Source: Podarcis liolepis (taxonomy: Eukaryota). From it: DNA of 64,000 nucleotides. The translations under genes and the position numbers were made by a program. Shown one piece after another: positions 61,735 to 64,000 of the stretch (positions within the stretch are counted from its first letter, which is position 1; the number at the start of each line of letters is the position of its first letter). A model generated the notes under the pieces. That model was not told where the DNA came from. It searched no databases and worked only from the letters and a program-made list of their open reading frames with translations. The stretch is taken from the NCBI GenBank assembly GCA_965112155.1, contig OZ218100.1. One strand, given 5' to 3'.

Positions 61735-64000
61735 CTAGATGTGGTGAAAAAGAAATGGGGGAAATGGTCATTAAAGTTTAAATGCAACTTTTCCCCCTCT
61801 TCCATAACCAAATTTGAGGGGGGTGCTGAATTAATCATGGATTGGCTCCAGAGATTCATGAACAGAAAATCTGCTCACAGAATGCTTCCACCTTCTGATA
61901 GGTTATGGGAGCCTTTATGAACCTCAGCTGGATCACAGTCCCCTTACCCGAGCATATAACTGCTTTGCAATCAAGGCACATTATGAAGATCACAAATTTT
62001 TAGAATCCTCCCTCCCCCTAATAATCTTAATGCTGTGCTGTTAAAAAAAAAAAACTATACTTCCTAGCATGTAAACCTCCCTGATGGCAAACCTCTATTA
62101 TGTTACTGTCTCTAGTTTAACAAAGATAATACCATAACTAATGTGCAGCATTGCTCAGTTTCAAAGTTAATAAATTATCATCATTTTTCAATCATGAGGC
62201 AAGTGTGATGACTACTGCAGCTTTAAAGTTTTTGTTAAACACCACCTAATTATCAGAGATTATTATCAAAGATGAGAAAATTACTTCGCTCCCCTACTTT
62301 GCTCACTGCCCCAAACCCTAAACACACTCCCAACTTTTACTAACAAGCTTTTAGTTTTGAATTTCACTTCAGGAATATTTGGTGCCTTTGAAATGCCAGG
62401 CAATTCCTATTGCCGTTGGAAAAACAACTGCCCCCCACGATGCTCTGCTAAAACAACACTGACTATTAGCTCCTTATTACTGGCGAGCCTCTGGCACAGC
62501 CCAGAAACAGGTGCTGAAGTTTGTACCCAGAAAAACTGGGGCAATTCTGCAAATGGAACAGATTTCTCTCCCATTCCAATGCTGGCAGCAGAGCTGCACT
62601 TTACAGCAAGGTTCCCAACAGCTGTAACATATCAGAATATACACAGGCTGATTTAGCTTTTCCCTTTTCATTCAGTGCTATGAGAGCGTTAGCATATGGA
62701 AATTGCCTTTCAGAACTTCTCCATTTGTAAAGGCTCATAAAGAGGCACTGGAGAAAAAAGAACCAGATGTTATGAAATTCTTAAATAAAATGCTTGGTAA
62801 TTTTCCAGACCAAGATTCTACAGCAGTTTACTGGCATAAGCCCTGTGCTTTTCTGTCTGCCTCTCTGCCTTGTGCTGACCCAGCAGTTTGGCAGCAATCC
62901 CATCTTTGAAACTGTTCTTGCTAGTGAATGGCTGCCTGGTGGCTGAAGCAAACAGAGAAAAGGCTCATTAATGCTCCTCTAAGCACATATTATTCAGCTG
63001 ACGGTATCGTTCTGTTTCACAAGATTTTGTATTTCCAACTTGGCTCCTGCTTATTGAACATGTATTCAGAGTTCTGAAATCTATTGATAATTAGTAATAT
63101 ATCCCATTTTTAATACCAAACTTCATGGGTATCATCCTTATCATTAGTGATAAAAGCAGGGCTCTTGTTTTTCTGCTTATTTGGAAGCATACCTCTCTCC
63201 TATCCCCACCCCCCAGTCAATTATATACAGGTATTTATGGCTATCGTACACAAATCCCTGTTTTGTAATTAGTCATTTTTCTGACCATGCTTCCTTATCC
63301 TACTTTTAAGATTTCCTTGACTTGGACCTAGCTGCCTTTGTATATGCTTCAAAATACAGTAAGGTTGCCAAGTCATGACTCTAGTGTCTTGAGATTTCCA
63401 TAAATACATCCAAGAGTTGAGGAACTCTAGTTCCATTATGAGAGTACAATTCAGTTCAATGTGCTTTAGTTTTATTTATTATGAATTCCCAACAGCCAGA
63501 TTTATATACCCATCTTAATTCAATGACTAGATTTCACAGAGCTAGTCAAATGTAATTGTTGCAATTGTTTTATTAACTTAACAATTGGGTGCAATTGTTT
63601 TATTAACTTGTTTAATCTGCTCCTTTACAGTTTTTGGAAAGACAAATTGGTTGCCATTAGGGTGGTGCAACTGGGGTCCCAACACCAGCACATAATCTGG
63701 AGAGGAAGGCACTGGCACACAGGACTGGCTGCTACCATTGACATTAAACAAATGTTACAACTTTCATTGTGCAAATTGTTAAGAGTTTATGGATATTATG
63801 ATTACCAAATAATTATTATTTTGGTCTGGTTGCTGTTTATAGAAATAGCAATGGTATTTGATCCACACTGGGAACAGTTATGGTTAACTAGGGCATTGGA
63901 GCCACAAGACTAAATCCTTGCATCTGATGAGGTTTTTTGACTTGGCAGAGATTCTGACACATGTGTTTGGATTGTCTAAAAGACTTCTCCAGAATATGGT

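Noticed and set aside
1-64000. A novel prokaryote-style system (operon, defence island, CRISPR-Cas, retron)
   Set aside because: The window is intron-rich vertebrate DNA with spliceosomal exons, SINEs and LINEs. There are no long intronless ORFs or operon structure.

Overview
Vertebrate (squamate reptile) nuclear DNA. Sauria SINE copies and the MITE families suggest a lacertid-type lizard (inference). The window holds two convergent multi-exon genes. On the + strand are the last 10 coding exons of laminin alpha-2 (LAMA2; LG3 C-terminal half, LG3-LG4 linker, LG4, LG5; 752-24479). On the - strand are the last 11 coding exons of the RhoGAP ARHGAP18 (61734-44996). All exons have GT-AG boundaries and splice in frame, and the tail-to-tail order matches what I recall for mammals. 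Introns and the ~20 kb between the stop codons carry Tc1/mariner-pogo and hAT MITEs, Sauria SINEs, other tRNA-derived SINEs, L1/L2/CR1/RTE fragments, a probable solo LTR, microsatellites and one 173-N gap. Almost all ORFs in the supplied track are chance ORFs or exon read-throughs. I see no prokaryote-type or otherwise new multi-gene system. The best leads are smaller: an Asp-to-Glu change at a LAMA2 LG5 calcium-ligand position, an 18-nt duplication of an ARHGAP18 splice donor, a three-layer nested transposon, a Tc1 IR/DR-type arm resembling fish/amphibian elements, a back-to-back MITE pair, a near-perfect intronic hairpin, and two candidate conserved non-coding elements. Human exon numbers and reference peptides are recalled from memory, not from a database search.
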